Shown piece after piece: positions 39,294 through 53,758 of a stretch of DNA of 64,000 bases. The notes under the pieces were generated by a model. It ran no database searches, was not told the origin of the DNA, and saw only the letters and a program-made list of their open reading frames with translations. Each line of letters begins with the position of its first letter. Within the stretch, counting starts at the first letter, position 1. The position numbers and the translations under genes are program-made. This stretch comes from Flaccisagitta enflata (Eukaryota): assembly GCA_965153355.1 (NCBI GenBank), contig OZ231126.1:34534001-34598000 (forward strand), written 5' to 3'.

Positions 39294-41089
39294 TATTTTC
39301 AAAAATGAAAAAATTTGCATCTGAAAGCAGTACCATTTTACTTCACAATTTTCCAAACCTCTCTTTTATAACAATTATTACAAAAAAAAAGCCCACCCCT
39401 ATAAATCATGTACGGAACATAATTTAAGATGGCTTAAATTAATTTTAAATGACTCAAGACGACTATAAATGATTCAAAATAACTTAAAAAAGAAATAATT
39501 CAAAGTAACTAATGTGACTAAATTAACCTGATTGACTTAGGTGACTCAATATAACTTAATACATGACTTAAAATGATTTTTGGGAAAGCTAGCCCCAATA
39601 TAAGTCCCGATGAATTTTGTATCCCAATAAAGAATTGGATTTTTATAATTATCATGTTTTTAAATGTTTAAGTAGTCTAATTTCAAAATTTTGCAAATAA
39701 TATTTACTGTAAATAGTATTAACTGTAAATCGATAAAATTATTGTATAAAATATAAAAAATATGGACAAATTGAATGGTTCTCTGCACAATTTTGTTTTT
39801 AGATGCGGACACGCAACTCTATAAGAGGCTTTGTCCGTCCGTCCGTCGGTCCGTCGGTCTGTTGGTCCGTCCGTAACCATCGAGTCGAAAAGTGGGAAAA
39901 TACATTTCCGCCCCTGCCCACCCGTCCGCAACTGATGGCCGTGTATCCGGCCTTGTTCTTCCCAAATCCTCTGCCAGAGCGAAGCTTTAATTCGAATGGC
40001 TTTGGGTTGTAATGCATAAATCCAGCCAACCCTGAGCCCTACAGCTAACCCTCTCCCTAACCCTAAACCTTAAACTATCCCCAATCCTAACCCTAAACCC
40101 ACCCCTGACCCTAATTTAAAAAAACGCTTAGAAAGTCTTAAAAACAAAAGATCACATATGATCGTACAATGGTACCAAAAATATGCTGGTAATTATTAAA
40201 ACAAGGCCGGATACACGGCTACCAAAGTCGCGTGCAGGTGGGCAGGGGCCATATTTGAGGTCACTAGACCATTTAGGCAGTAGCTGTTTAGTCAAAAAAA
40301 TAAATTCATACAAACAAATAAAATGTAACCAACCGACCGACCAACCAACCTACTGACCAACGGACAAAGCGGGTTGTAGAGTTGCGCGCACGCGACTAAA
40401 AATCCTAATTTTAATCCCTGTTTTTATTATGCATTTATGTCCAACAGAGGCAGCAGCTGCTACCCCTGACACCTTGTTTTATATGCCTCTGCTAAATCAA
40501 GAATACTTGTAAAGAAATCCGAAACATAAAAAGCTATATGTATGTAACTAAAAACATATATATATGTATATAACATGTATATAACTAAAAACATAGAAAT
40601 TTATAATTCAAATTTTATTACAACAATAAAAATGATAAATAATAATTTAAAGACAGAAAATCAAATTTTGTCTTTGTTTGCACTGTGACATAGGCAAAAT
40701 TGGACGCAAAGGGCAAGGTTTACGCCTGAAATAATTTTTTTTGGCAGGGGGATCAACAAGACCGACGGACCAATAAACATAGCATATAGCTGCGTTCTTG
40801 GCTTCTTGCGTCTGTAATTTAAAGTTTCCACATTATGTTTCGGAGAAGAGGTCTTGCTGGATCGCTGTGCTTGAACGAATGCTGCTTTTAGTTTTACTAT
40901 TCAATCGCTAGACAGCCACAGTTCGATCATAATATCAGAGGGCTTCTCGCAATGTTGATTATATACCGAGGGCGAAGAATTAAATTTCGAATGAAGATCA
41001 TTAATAACGAGCATGTAATAACACCCGATCATTATCCTATGTAGCCGAACTGGGAATTTTTAGTTGCGTACACGCGTTGTAGACCAGCT

Positions 41090-41868
41090 TTACCAGTGGT
41101 GGCGGCTGTCGCCGTGAGGAAAAAAGTCGTAAGCATTGGTCACTTTTGACCGTGCATTTGTCCTCAGTCAATGAAATTTTTTTGTTACATCTAATCGAAA
41201 GCAATTGTTCGTATTGATTGCACAGAAAATCAGAAAAAAATAGTACTGAGACAAATGAGCTAGATGAGCTAAGATATTTAAAACAATTTAACCAGACAAC
41301 CAGCTTTCCTCACTGACATGCTTTCTTGTATTTGCATGCTTAAATCAAAACATTGATTCATTCATCTTATTTTAAATTAGAGAAAAAGAGCAAGCTAAAT
41401 GAACTAAATGAGCTAGAATACTTAGACACCCTCACAGATGAGCAGCTCTGCTCACTGACATGTTTTTTTTTATTTGCTTGCTTAAACAAGTATAAAAATA
41501 TTTATTCATTTATCGTATTTGAGATCAGAAAGAATAGACTGAACTAAGTGAGCTAAATGCTCAAAAACACCCTCACAGATAAGCAGCTGTGCTCAAACAT
41601 TTTTTTTCGTTTGCACTCCTTTATTGAGCCTAAAAAAAATTGAAAAAATTCCATTTGAATTTTTTTGTAAATAAATCTTCAAAAAATATTTGTCGTATAG
41701 CATTCTGCTTGGCGCTAATTGGAGGCGAATTATTTAATTTACTCACCCTATCAGTTTCATTGAAGGGCTCATATGCCCCGTGGAGATGCACAACTTCCGC
41801 ATAAGAAAATGAAAACCCTTATCTCAAATATGTCAAAAAGTCGGAGACTGACTACGACTTTTTCCCGA
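41090..41868. repeat. Dispersed repeat with internal ~140-bp repeats; second copy at about 46820-48680
   Basis: TTACCAGT..TGGCGGCTGTCG..GTGAGGAAAAAAGTCG shared with 46820; GAAAAAAGTCGTA / TACGACTTTTTC inverted motif. Confidence 0.6.
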
Positions 41869-42584
41869 TAATATCGATCCATCAATCCATCCCTTGTTTA
41901 TTCATTTTTTGTTGAAGCGTAGTTTGAGTCATTATGCATATATTTAAAATCTGAAATTATTGGGTCCGCGACGGAGGGGGGTTTAAGATCACCTATTCCA
42001 TACCGGGTCATCAACCTCAACTGGGAAAAAATGTTAAGCTGTTCCTATCAGTTGCTTTTAATCACCGGTCTGGAATTTCTTTTTTTCATAAAACTATGTT
42101 CAACATTTTTAGTTGCGGACACTCGACTCCACCTTGCTGTGTTGGTCGGTAGGTGGGTTGGTGTCAGTAGGTTGGTCGGTATGTTGGTCTGTCTGACTGT
42201 CACATTTTTGAATTCCGAGCAGTTTTTGCACTACTGCTCCTGCCCAACCATCCGCAATTTGACTGCCGTGTATCTGGCTTTGTTTGTGTCAAAATTTCAT
42301 GAGTTGCCAATAAATACTTTGTCCACAACATCAATTAAAAAAAAATCAAGCATCTTTAGATATTATTCATTCTAACCTTAATTCATCATAACTGTTTTTC
42401 TATTATTTTATCTTATTTCTCACTGGATTAAGCTGCACATGTCAGATTTGTCTCAGTTGATATCTTTTTTGAATTTCAAAAAATATTTTTAACTTGAAAC
42501 TATTTCAGCATTTGAAACTCAAACTGATTAAAAATGAGAGAAATAATTTTGATAAAAAAACTTTAGTCTCAAATCCTTGTTTTA

Positions 42585-43535
42585 ACTATGGCAAAATAAA
42601 AAAAGACAGTAATTTTCAAAATGATATTGTGAGCTCATTTTTTGGAGCAGGTTCATAATTTTTTAGACTAAGATAGTTTGTCAAATTTGCTACCTGGTAA
42701 AAAAATCAGATCTTGAAAAAGTTGATTTTTGCGCCCATAGCATTGAGTTTTGCAAAATTTGTCAATTGAACCATCGCCGAATAGGTTTCAGTTTAGATCC
42801 AACTTTAAAAATTTACTCTGAGCTCAACTTTTAGAGAGAGATCAATATTTCTGAGATGGTGATAGAAGGTCAAATTTCTGACACTGCAAAAAAATCAGAA
42901 TTCAAAAAAGTGTATTTTTGTACCTTCTACATCAATTTTTGTAAAATCTGTCAAAACTGGATATCAATACTAAAGTTTTTATTAGAAGTCTATTCACAAA
43001 AATTGATGATACTGGTGCAAAAATACACTTTTTTGAGTTCCGATTTTTTTGCTGCGTAAAAAACTTGTCATACTATCACCACCTAAAAAAATTGTGAAGC
43101 TACTAACAAAAATGAACATTTGAAATCATTTCTAGATCTTTTTTTTTATTTTGACCATCTAACTTTAACCGATTTTACAAAAATTGATGTTGCAACTACA
43201 AAAATAAACTTTTTTGAGTTCTGATTTTTTCACTGTGTCAGAAATTTGACATGCTATCATCATCTAAAAAATTTTGATCTTGCTCCCAAAATTGAGCTCA
43301 CAATTAATTTTCAAAGTTAGATCTAAACTGAAACTGAAACCAACTCGGTGATTGTTCAATAGACAAATTTTGCAAAAATCAATGCTATGGGCCCAAAAAT
43401 CAACTTTTTCAAGATCTGATTTTTTTGCTAGGTACCAAATTTGACAATCTTGGTCTAGAAAATTATAAAGCTGCTCCAAAAAATGAGCTCTCAATATCAT
43501 TTTGAAAATTACTGTCTTTTTTAATTTGCCATAGT
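42585..43535. mobile_element. Foldback MITE, TA-flanked, ACTATGGC termini
   Basis: TA|ACTATGGCAAAA...TTTGCCATAGT|TA; about 350-bp complementary arms. Confidence 0.82.
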
Positions 43536-43612
43536 TATTACAAATTGATGTTATGGAAAAAAAATTACTACAAGCCAATAAAACTTTGACACAAAGAATG
43601 TCAAACATAGTA

Positions 43613-44216
43613 ACAATGGCAAAAATAAAAATTAGACGCTCAATATTTCTCAATAACTTTTAAACCACTTATTCTTTTTGCTTAAAATCCATGAGCATAT
43701 AAAAGAGCTTCGAAAACTCTACAAATCTAGACCAAGCAGAGATTTTTAGCTCAATTCGTTTAGAAATGACATAAGATTGAAGTTCAGTACTCAAATTCCT
43801 GATTGCCAAATAGAGCAGATTTCAGCGCCGGAAAATATGGCACTATTTGCCTTACATATTCTGTAAAACGCAAAAATGAAATAAATGATAGGAAGACAAA
43901 GGTAAAAATGAAGTATTTTTTATTCTCTACAAGATGGAACCAAGCAGAATTCATGATTTTGCTTCATTTACAAGCTATATCAATACAAACTTGGTTACTT
44001 TTAAAAAGATGGAAGCAAGATTTGAGATTTTTGAGTGGATATCTATAAATTGTCATAACTTCCAAAGTTTTTATGCTAGAATGATCGGAAGGAGCTCAAA
44101 AGAAAGATTTTTTGAAGCTCTTTAAAACCGTCATGGATTATAAGGTTCTAGCGTTTTTGATTACGATGCAATCAACAGTCAAAAGATCGCGTCTAGTTTT
44201 TTTTTTTTGCCATTGT
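43613..44216. mobile_element. MITE, TA-flanked, ACAATGGC termini
   Basis: TA|ACAATGGCAAAAATAAAAATTAGACGC...GCGTCTAGTTTTTTTTTTTTGCCATTGT|TA. Confidence 0.7.
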
Positions 44217-45424
44217 TACTCTATTAGAAAGTTAGTTCCAGAGTAAAAGCTAGATACTTTTTCCAATCGAGATTGATGACCCTGTAAGATCGCTATGACC
44301 AAAAGATCGCTAACCTTATTCGTCTTTCCGTTTAAAGTCTCCATACCAAGTTTCAAGCACATTGGCAAAGTTATGCACATTTTTCACTTTTAGACTAGTA
44401 GACTGGTTGAGTGGTTGGCTGGTTTGACGGGATAAACAGTGTGCATATGTTGAGTTCTTTCATTTAAAGACTCCATACCAAGTTTCAACCAAATTGGATG
44501 AAAAATATCAAAATTATGCAAGTTTTTCACGTTTCAGCCCGTAGGCTGGTTGGATGGTAGGTCGGTTTGGCCAGTTAGCATGCTACAATGCATATAAATC
44601 ACATACATATGTTGACAATGCCTACAAATCACATACATATTTTGAGTCCTTCCATTTTTAGACTCCATACCAAATTTCATCCAAATTGGTTAAAAAATGC
44701 CTAAGTTATGCATATTTTTCACTTTTTGGCCGGTAGGCCGGTTGGGGTGGTTGGATTACAAAAATCGGATAGGATGTAAAGCGCCTTACCCTAGTACAAC
44801 TTCTCACCAAATATGAACCAAAACACAAAAAAGTTATCCATCTTACACGCAGTTGAATTTTATTTCAGAACAAAATCTGAACTGTTGAGAACTACGGGCT
44901 GATCTTTTTCAAGCCCTAGCCTTAGAGAGTACGCAGTCATTCAGAATATTCTAAAATTATCTGATACACCCAGAGATCAATTCACGTAGCTCGTTAAGTC
45001 GCACATAACAGCTCGGCCTGATCCGAGCAAGGAGCATTCTGGCTAACGTGCCCTTAGCAAATTTATGCAATTATGCATTTGTACCAGGACGTTTCTGCCT
45101 CAGCATTCCTCTTCCTCTTCCTCGCCGATTTCCTCCAGGCCAATGGCAAACTCTCCTCATAACAACGAAGGGAATGAAAACCCATGGAATCTTCTGCGTT
45201 CTGAGAACCAGTTTTAATCCATCCCCTGTGACTCACTAACTATCAAACTGACATGCCGCACGAAAACCGCCTTCCCTGTTCCCCAACCAGCCAAAAATAG
45301 AGAGAGACTGATACTCAAAATTCAGTAGTCGGTTGCCATTGAAACCATTTCATGTATTCTCTCTAAAACATCAATATTTGAAACATTTTTTTAGAAAACA
45401 TTGTTTAAAATCATATTTGCTATA

Positions 45425-46802
45425 CTGGGTGTTTCAAGGGAGTTGTAACATAAAGAATCGATGTATCTCTGCTTCTAGATACTCACATTAATTTCTGAAA
45501 AAATATCTATAAAGATCTTGGTCCCCGTTTTTAGGTGCGACAAAGCACCTCTATAACTGGCTGTGTCCGTTGGTTGGTTGGTCGGTTGGTCGGTCGGTTG
45601 GTAACGCATTTGTTCGACGATCCACACGGTCGCACCTATTGGCCTATTTGGCCTTGTTTTTCATTCCAAACCTTGTCATATTTTAATGAATAGGTTTGTG
45701 TCCGTAAAACAGCAAAAGAAAAGTAATCATTGTAGGTGAATCATTTTTTTCATACATGTACATAGCACTAACTGACTTCAACTGTCTGCTATTTTTAAAC
45801 AAATTAAACTAAAACCTTGGGATTTGTTTCAGATGATAGATAATTAAACATAGATTGCTCATCTGCTTTGATATCAAGAAAACTTTGGAAATTGATGATC
45901 TTGATGGTCGTGGGCAAGCATCATCGAAGTTTTGATTGTGATTTTGTCAAAAAGTCAATCAAAATGTTTTCAAAATTCAAAAACTACCAATTTTTTTAGG
46001 ATGTAGTAGCGTCTCTTCGGAGGCGTGGGTTCCAATCCCAAAATCAATGACAAATTATCTATCATTTGAGACCAATCCCAAGGTTCTAGCTCGATTTGTA
46101 AAAGAATCACAGGCAATTAAGACAACTACTTCTGAGTGGAATAAAGAGATAAAAAACAAAAAATGATGAGGCTAGAAATCACATATATTCTTCAAAGATA
46201 TGTGGCGCTTAAACAGATAGACCGATCATCATGAAATTTGACATGCAAAAAATGGGGATCAAGATCTTCATGGATTTTTTTTCAGAAATTGATTTTAATA
46301 ACTAGAAGCAGAGATATGTCGATTCTTTATGAAGAGTGAAACAATATCCCTCACTATACCCAAACTGAAATAAATGGAAGAGGGCCTTGTGAACCCTCAC
46401 TGACTAGTTAATACGCGCACCACTCCTAGTTTTCCATAAAACTGAATCTGAAAAATATTCCTCCTCAATCTAACCCAAAAGCAAACTGCTCATTAAAAAT
46501 AGTTAGAGCTATGATTGTTACTTTTGTAACCAAAATTCAACAAATCACCCGAGGGTAACATTGTAAAGAAACCATACCCTTAGAGGATAGAATCGAGGTC
46601 AAGCTTAATGCGACCGCCGGACAATCTAATCCAAGGTACTGAGTTGTATGAAGAGTGAAACAATATCCCTCACTATACCCAAACTGAAATAAATGGAAGA
46701 GGGCCTTGTGAACCCTCACTGACTAGTTAATACGCGCACCACTCCTAGTTTTCCATAAAACTGAATCTGAAAAATATTCCTCCTCAATCTTGAAACACCC
46801 TG
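45425..46802. mobile_element. mariner-like MITE with disrupted right TIR
   Basis: TA|CTGGGTGTTTCAAG...CTTGAAACACCCTG|TA; inner TIR ATAAAGAATCGA..TATCTCTGCTTCTAG pairs with 46302-46331; nested HINE at 45530-45660. Confidence 0.7.
45530..45660 (+). mobile_element. HINE, GGTGCGAC subfamily
   Basis: TTTTAGGTGCGACAAAGCACCT..(GGTY)n..GTCGCACCTATTGGCCTATTTGGCCTTGTT; second copy at 16113-16239. Confidence 0.75.
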
Positions 46803-47119
46803 TAACTTTCCCACAATATTTACCAGTAATGGCGGCTGTCGAGGTGAGGAAAAAAGTCGGAAGCATTGGTCATTTTTCATCAAGCTTTTATCTTCAATCA
46901 ATGCAAATCTTATTATTCGTTAAATCAAATCAAGAGCAATTGTATGTAATGATTGCACTAAAAATCAGAAAAAAAAGGACAACTAATTTAGCTAGATGAC
47001 TTAAAATGCTCAAAATCACTCAACCAGACAACCAGCTTTGCTAAATGACATGCTTTCTTGCACTTGCATGCTCACATCAAAGCATTTATTTATTCATCCA
47101 ATTAAAAATCAGAAAAAAA

Positions 47120-48255
47120 AAGCTTAAAAACAACAGTCCTCGACAGTAGTCTATTTGGTGTCCAACCCGGCTACTCAGTCTGACCCGGCTACTCAGTCTG
47201 ACCCGGCCACTCAGTCTGACCCGGCTACTCAGTCTGACCCGGCTACTCAGTCTGACCTGGCTACTCAGTCTGACCCGGCTACTCAGTCTGACCCGGCTAC
47301 TCAGTCTGACCCGGCTACTCAGTCTGACCCGGCTACCAATTGCATACCTTAAAGTCCATGATGGCATACCTTGAATTTCATGGTGGCATACCTTGAAGCC
47401 CATGATGGCATTCCTTGAAGTCCATGAAAGCGTACCTTATAATCCAACAATAAAAAAGATGACAAAAAATCTTCAAATTTTTCCCAAAAAAAAAAAAAAT
47501 TTTAAATTTTTTTCAAAGAAAAACATGTTATCATGTTCACATAAACATGTTATCTTGTATTTGCATGCTAAAACATATACACTCCTTTATTGATCCTGCA
47601 CAAAAAAAAAAACAAATTTTTTTTTTTTTAAAAAATATTTTTTTTTTTTATTGAAAAAAAATTTTTTTTTTTAAATTTTAGTCCAAGAAATAATGTTACT
47701 AGATACATCATAAATACCCTTATATTTTCTTAACCAATACTCAGAATTTAATCTTGCAGGGGAGCTTTAATTGATGCAATGAACCTTCACAACAAGTTTG
47801 AACAACATTGGTGAACCTTTACTACCATTCCCCTATGTAAATTGCACAAGTCTAGGAATTAATATTTCTAGCAAAATACCCTTCTATCTTCTAAACCAAT
47901 ACTCAGAATTTACTGAAATCTTGCATGGGAGCTTTAATTGATGCAATAAACCTTCACAACAAGTTTGAACAACATAGGTGAACCTTTACTACCCTTCCCC
48001 TATGTAAATTGCACAAGTCCAGAAAAAAATATTACTTCAAAAATAATAGGCAAAGGGTATTAAATATTTATGAATGTTGTTGAAAGGTACACAGGTTAGT
48101 AATGCCCTAAAAATAACACTGACCAAGTTTCATCAACATCTGAGTTGTGGTTCTCAAGTTTTTAAGGGTTGACACAAACGAACAACAAACGGCTTACTAC
48201 ACGATCAAGGCTATGTTATAGTCCTCGACGTAAACTGATTGTCGAGGACAAAAAA
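47120..48255 (-). mobile_element. Large HINE-like family with 18-bp and 22-bp repeats and ~180-bp core repeats
   Basis: Left AAGCTT..CAGTCCTCGAC; right hairpin GTCCTCGAC..GTCGAGGAC-AAAAA; inserted in an A-run. Confidence 0.75.
47165..47336. repeat. 18-bp tandem repeat GACCCGGCTACTCAGTCT, 9-10 copies
   Basis: Direct reading. Confidence 0.95.
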
Positions 48256-48684
48256 AGACTAGCTAAATAAGCTAGAATGCTCAAAAACACCCTCAAACAT
48301 GAGCAGCTATGCTCATAATTTACATAGACATGTTTACATGTAAACATGTTTACATGTAAACATGTTTACATAAACATGTTATCATGTTCACATAAACATG
48401 TTATCTTGTATTTGCATGCTAAAACATATACACTCCTTTATTGATCCTAATTAAAAACAGAAAAAATTGAAAAAAATTCAATTTGGATTTTTTGTAAACG
48501 AATCATTAAAAAATCACAACGCAAAATATATTTGTCAGAGCATTCTGCTTAACGCCAAATGAAAAATATTTATCAAATTTACTTACCCTTTCATATGCCT
48601 TTTAATTATATTGGAAGACTCATTAAGTCGATAGAGTTCCAAAATTTTCCCATAAGAAATTGAAAACCATGTTTCTCTTGAATA

Positions 48685-49132
48685 CACTTTTTTTATTTTA
48701 TAAGAGACAACCTATTTTGAACTCAGCCTGGGTTCTCTTAAATTTTTTGCCGTTTTGAGGCTCAATATCTCTTAAATTGTTCTTAATTTTTTCAATGTGT
48801 AAAAAAAGCAAAAAAGTGTATAGACACAATATTTAATGATATTCTATATATCTTTAATAAAAAACTTGTTCATTATTATAGAACATTAAATATCTTGCCT
48901 AATTTTACAGACAAAATCACAAAAGAAGTAGTATTTTTCAAAAAAACTACCAATTTCACTAAAAAATTTGAATAATTATCATTTATTTTATTACGATTCT
49001 GAAAGTGATTTCCCTTAAAAACTTTTAAAACTGAATCTCAGCCTGGGCATTCTCTTATTTTGTTCTTAAAATTTTGGCAAATCTCAGGCTCATGTCTCTT
49101 ATAAAAAAATCTCTTATAAAATAAAAAAAGTG
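48685..49132. mobile_element. TA-flanked MITE with CAC-poly(T) termini
   Basis: TA|CACTTTTTTTATTTTATAAGAGA...TCTCTTATAAAATAAAAAAAGTG|TA. Confidence 0.8.
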
Positions 49133-50780
49133 TAAGTCATTTGGCCATTGCTATGGAGCGTAACCATGTGTGACAACCCTGTGATGCTCCCTGGCAACCG
49201 CTAAACGAGCAACATTCTTATGGAACATATTGTACAAAAAATGTAGCAAATTGGTTTTTGAGCAATGTTCCCTCAAAAATTCTTTTAAAATATTGATATT
49301 TTAGCAAGAATACATGGAAATGTGTTTCCATGGCAACCAGCTATCATAGAGAATTAAGCATCTTTTTAATTAGTCTATAATCCAAATATCACTCCCTTTC
49401 ATCTTTTTAATTATCTATGATCCAAATATCACTCCCTTGCCTTCATTCATTTTTAGTCGCGTGCTACGTGACTCTAAAAGCCACTTTTCGGTCCGTTGGT
49501 CCGTCAGTCAGTCGGTCGGTCGGTCTGTCGGTCGGTCCGTCGGTCACAAAACTGTTTTAAACGCGTTTCAGACAAAATAAAGACATTTTGAATGTTTTTG
49601 AATTTTTCTAAGGCATTTTTGAACCTCTTTAAGCCATTTTTTGGTAAGTCAGTTGGTCTGTTGGTCCATCTGTCTGTCCGTCACAAAGTTGTAAAACGGG
49701 CGTCTCAGGCAATTTAAAGATATTTTACATGTTTTTTGAATGTTTTTACATCATTCATACACCTCTATAAGCCACTTTTGGTCCATCTGTCCTGAGTTTG
49801 TCTGTGCATCCGTCTGTCCGTCCATCTATCTGTCTGTCCATTGGTTTATCACAAAGTTGTTTTTAAGGCTTTCTGTTGCTAGTTTAAAGGTCTTTTTAGC
49901 TGTTATAGTCTGTTCATCTGTCTGTCTGCCCGACTTTTCCGAAAGTGCCGACGCACGCGACTTTGGTCTAATAACCTTGCTCCACATCACGTAGATCGGA
50001 AAGTGTACCATAACAGGACAAAAATATAAGCCGGTGCCTAGAGATGACAGCTATGGTTGAAAAATGTTCTTAATTATGTGTAGATCACATCTATATAGGG
50101 TTTTGCCTGCGTCACGATTCATCTAGGGACATTTTTTCGCGCTTGAACTCAGTAGGTTCAACATTTTGGAGGCTCTGAATGGACAAGATTTTTTTCATCT
50201 GAGATTGGAATTTTGGGAGTTTTTTTTAATAAGTCCTACAAATTTAGGAGCAGGCTTACCAAATTTAACACATGGCATATTCAATCAATCCTGAACCTTT
50301 GCTAAAGATTTGGCATCCTCCCTCATATCATAAGTACCATTTTTCATGTCTAGAATAGTATCATATGAAATGGAAAAAACAATTTTTGCCGCATTTTAAT
50401 TTGGAGAAGTAGTTAACTTTAAGGGGCACCGCTTGAATTAACAAGCCCGGAGCCTAAATTTTCTCCGGGACTATCTCCGGGACCGGTCCCGGAAGATTTT
50501 TTATTCTATTTAGTCTTATCTCACTGGGTATGTTGTATATTAGTCATTATTGGTCATGAATGCTCACGCCTGTTTTCAAAAAACGTTTTGACCATTCTTT
50601 TATCGTTCAGAAAGAAATAATCAACTTTCCCTTTTCGGGACCCTGACATTTTTTTCCGGGATCACAACTTTCCTAACCTGAGTTCAAATCGGTATGGAGA
50701 ATTTTAATGCTGGCTGGGTTTCCAGTCAGAATAGCGACGTCATTCAAAACGCTTACAATGCCGATGTAAATTTGACTGAC

Positions 50781-51005
<225 letters not shown>

Positions 51006-51419
51006 AAGAAACTGACCAATAGTGACAGACCTGCTGTAGGCAGATCAACTGCTACATACCAACAGCTTCAAAAGGACCAAAAGAGACAAAGCGAGATATA
51101 CCGATATCGATAGACAAACAAACAGACAGACTGAATGAGATAGCAAAAGAGACACTCAACCTTAGATTTTACACGCTTTATGAAGAATTGCAATTCATCC
51201 TCTCTGTCTCTCTCTCTTTCTCTCTCTTTCTCTCGCTCTCTCGCTCTCGCTCTCGCTCTCGCTCGCTCTCTCTCTCTCATATATAAGGCAAACAGTCTCA
51301 GCTCCTATGCGCTTTTGTACGAGTAAAGACATAGCCGTATTATCGCGTCATTCTCTCTTACTGTTAGATTCTTAGGTTAGATTTGACTGCACAAAATAGC
51401 CATACTGTCTTTTGACTGC

Positions 51420-52077
51420 ATAAAAAAAGCGGGGCGGTCCCGGAAATGCGGGACGGTCCCGAAAATCGCGGGTAGAGCCTTGCGGCGGGACATATTTGCC
51501 ACGATTTCGACGCGATTTCGACGCGCCTCCTAATCGCCACGCGACTTCCGTTTCCGGTTGGCGCTGAAACCGCGGTTTCCGATTACTTTTTCCCGGTTTT
51601 CAGGACACTTATCACTCATCACTTCTGACTCAATGTGTCACATATTAGAATGTCCGGCAGTCGTATTAAGCTTGACCTCGATTCTATCCTTCAAGGGTAT
51701 GGTTTCTGAATGATGTTACTCTTTGGTGGTTTGTTGAATTTTGGTAACACAGGTGACAATCATTTGCTATTTTGGTATTTTGGTAAGCATTAGTGTTTTG
51801 GGTTAGACTCAGGAAGGACCAAAAGGACGATTTGGATGGGGTCACCATCCCTACACCCTACTTACAGCAATTTTTTACATAATTCAGTCTTACAATGAGC
51901 AAATCATGATTTGCTTTTTGATTGAGGCAAGTGGACAAAATGCGGCATGAAGTTCGATCATTTTAAAGATTATGTATATACATATATATATATTTTTTTT
52001 TATATCGTTTTTTTGCTAATCATTCAAAACATAAAAGGATGATTTAATGATATAAATGGCACTATCACATGCCAGCC

Positions 52078-52166
<89 letters not shown>

Positions 52167-52272
52167 GATAATCCATGAATTGACTGAAGGAGATGCAACC
52201 GACTTGGTCGTCAGTCAACTTCACCACTTGATTTGAGGTGAGCGAACTCACCATATGGTCAAGAAAATCGGA

Positions 52273-52355
<83 letters not shown>

Positions 52356-52790
52356 ATGACAGGTAACCGATAAATGGCGGTTTCTAAATGGCAAAACCGG
52401 CCAATGATTAGTTGTTCAAAATCGCCACAAGATCTAACTAATCGATTAGACCGCGAGCCTCTAATCGCGGGACCAAAAATTTGCGACCAATTCAAGCTGT
52501 GAGGGGCAAAAAGAGGCTTTGGATTTGCAAGCACGCAGGTAAAACCATATGTTTTCTTGCTCAAGGTAGGCAACTGTACCAGTTTCAGCCGTTTAATTAG
52601 GTCAAAAGTGCCAGCTTAATTTTTTTTGTCTTGAGGTGACGCCCTCTGGGAACATAGTGCACATCGCTCGCGCTCACCCCAATTTTATATATGAATATCA
52701 GAATCGTATCATTCAGGCTACATATGATTTTTAGTTACAGGGCGTCAAGTGTGTCCCGAGCGCGGCACCTCAAAAAGTTTTTCAACCCTT
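51420..52790. promoter_or_regulatory. Possible CpG-rich promoter-like region
   Basis: Local CpG enrichment (51428-51600, 52430-52770), ETS-like ACTTCCG/CGGAAGTG, AAATGGCGG, CCAAT (52401), GA tracts; could instead be transposon subterminal sequence. Confidence 0.3.
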
Positions 52791-53758
52791 TATGGCTAAT
52801 GTTTTCAGTTTAGAAACTCATTTACGTATTACACAATTACAAGCGGAATATCTAAGATAGTTCCCTCTCCGCAGGACAAAAGACATGATAGACAGGCTTA
52901 ATCGTACAAACTTTTTTTCAATTTTGTACCACTCTGGGGCTGCTCTAGCTACATAAAATTGACTCAGTGACCCAAACTATAATCGCCCTCAGACTCTGAA
53001 ACATCCAATGCGAAATTTCAGCACAGCAAGTTCTGCATGAGCCTCAAGTGGGAGTGGTACCAATATTCGTTGTACCATCACCAATTATATAGCGGCCTCT
53101 AAACAAATGTTGTCAACACTGATTGGCTAACTTGAAATTATCCAAAATCTGCTTTTGAAGAAATCAACATGAAACCACAAAAGAAAAACAAATATCATTT
53201 GTTCCGTATATTCACTTACAGGATTTTGTCTGGTGGATTGGTGGAGCTGGTTTGCATTTTCAACGAGATTAGATTGTACAATGATTGTTCGTAAAAATTA
53301 GACAAAGGGTCCCGCGCCTGAGGGGAGATTATGAATTGTCAGGAAAGATAGTTATTTCGTCTTTTAAAAGCCTCCCCTGTAGCACGTGAGTTCTCGTTAT
53401 TGGGTACCATAAAAGTTTAATTCTGATGAATGAGTTGGGGAACATCAAGCTTTCCGGGTGTGATAGTAAACTGAAGCTAGAAAAATAACGGAAACTAAGA
53501 ACATACGGAAACACAGCGACTAGATTTGCAAAAAAAGGGAAAAAGAAAAAAACACTGAAAACCCACAGGTAAGCGTGAGTTAAATGAAACGCTGGAAGGT
53601 ATTTCCTTTACAGGGAGAAATACCTGCACACTACACTGACAATTTTACAGGCGAAAATGGCCGACTTCAAACCATCTCAAAGCTTGTCATTTCATAACGT
53701 CCCCCGGACTCCTCGTCTGTTTCATCTCCCGGATCTGAAAAATAAAATGCCATCGAGT

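Noticed and set aside
45048-45300. Unique GC-richer stretch with open frames (e.g. ...RKSARKRKRNAEAE on the minus strand)
   Set aside because: No recognisable domain, weak splice sites, no partner exons
47086-47403. SSRVRL / ATQSDP repeat ORFs
   Set aside because: 18-bp tandem repeat inside a HINE-like element; no splice or homology support
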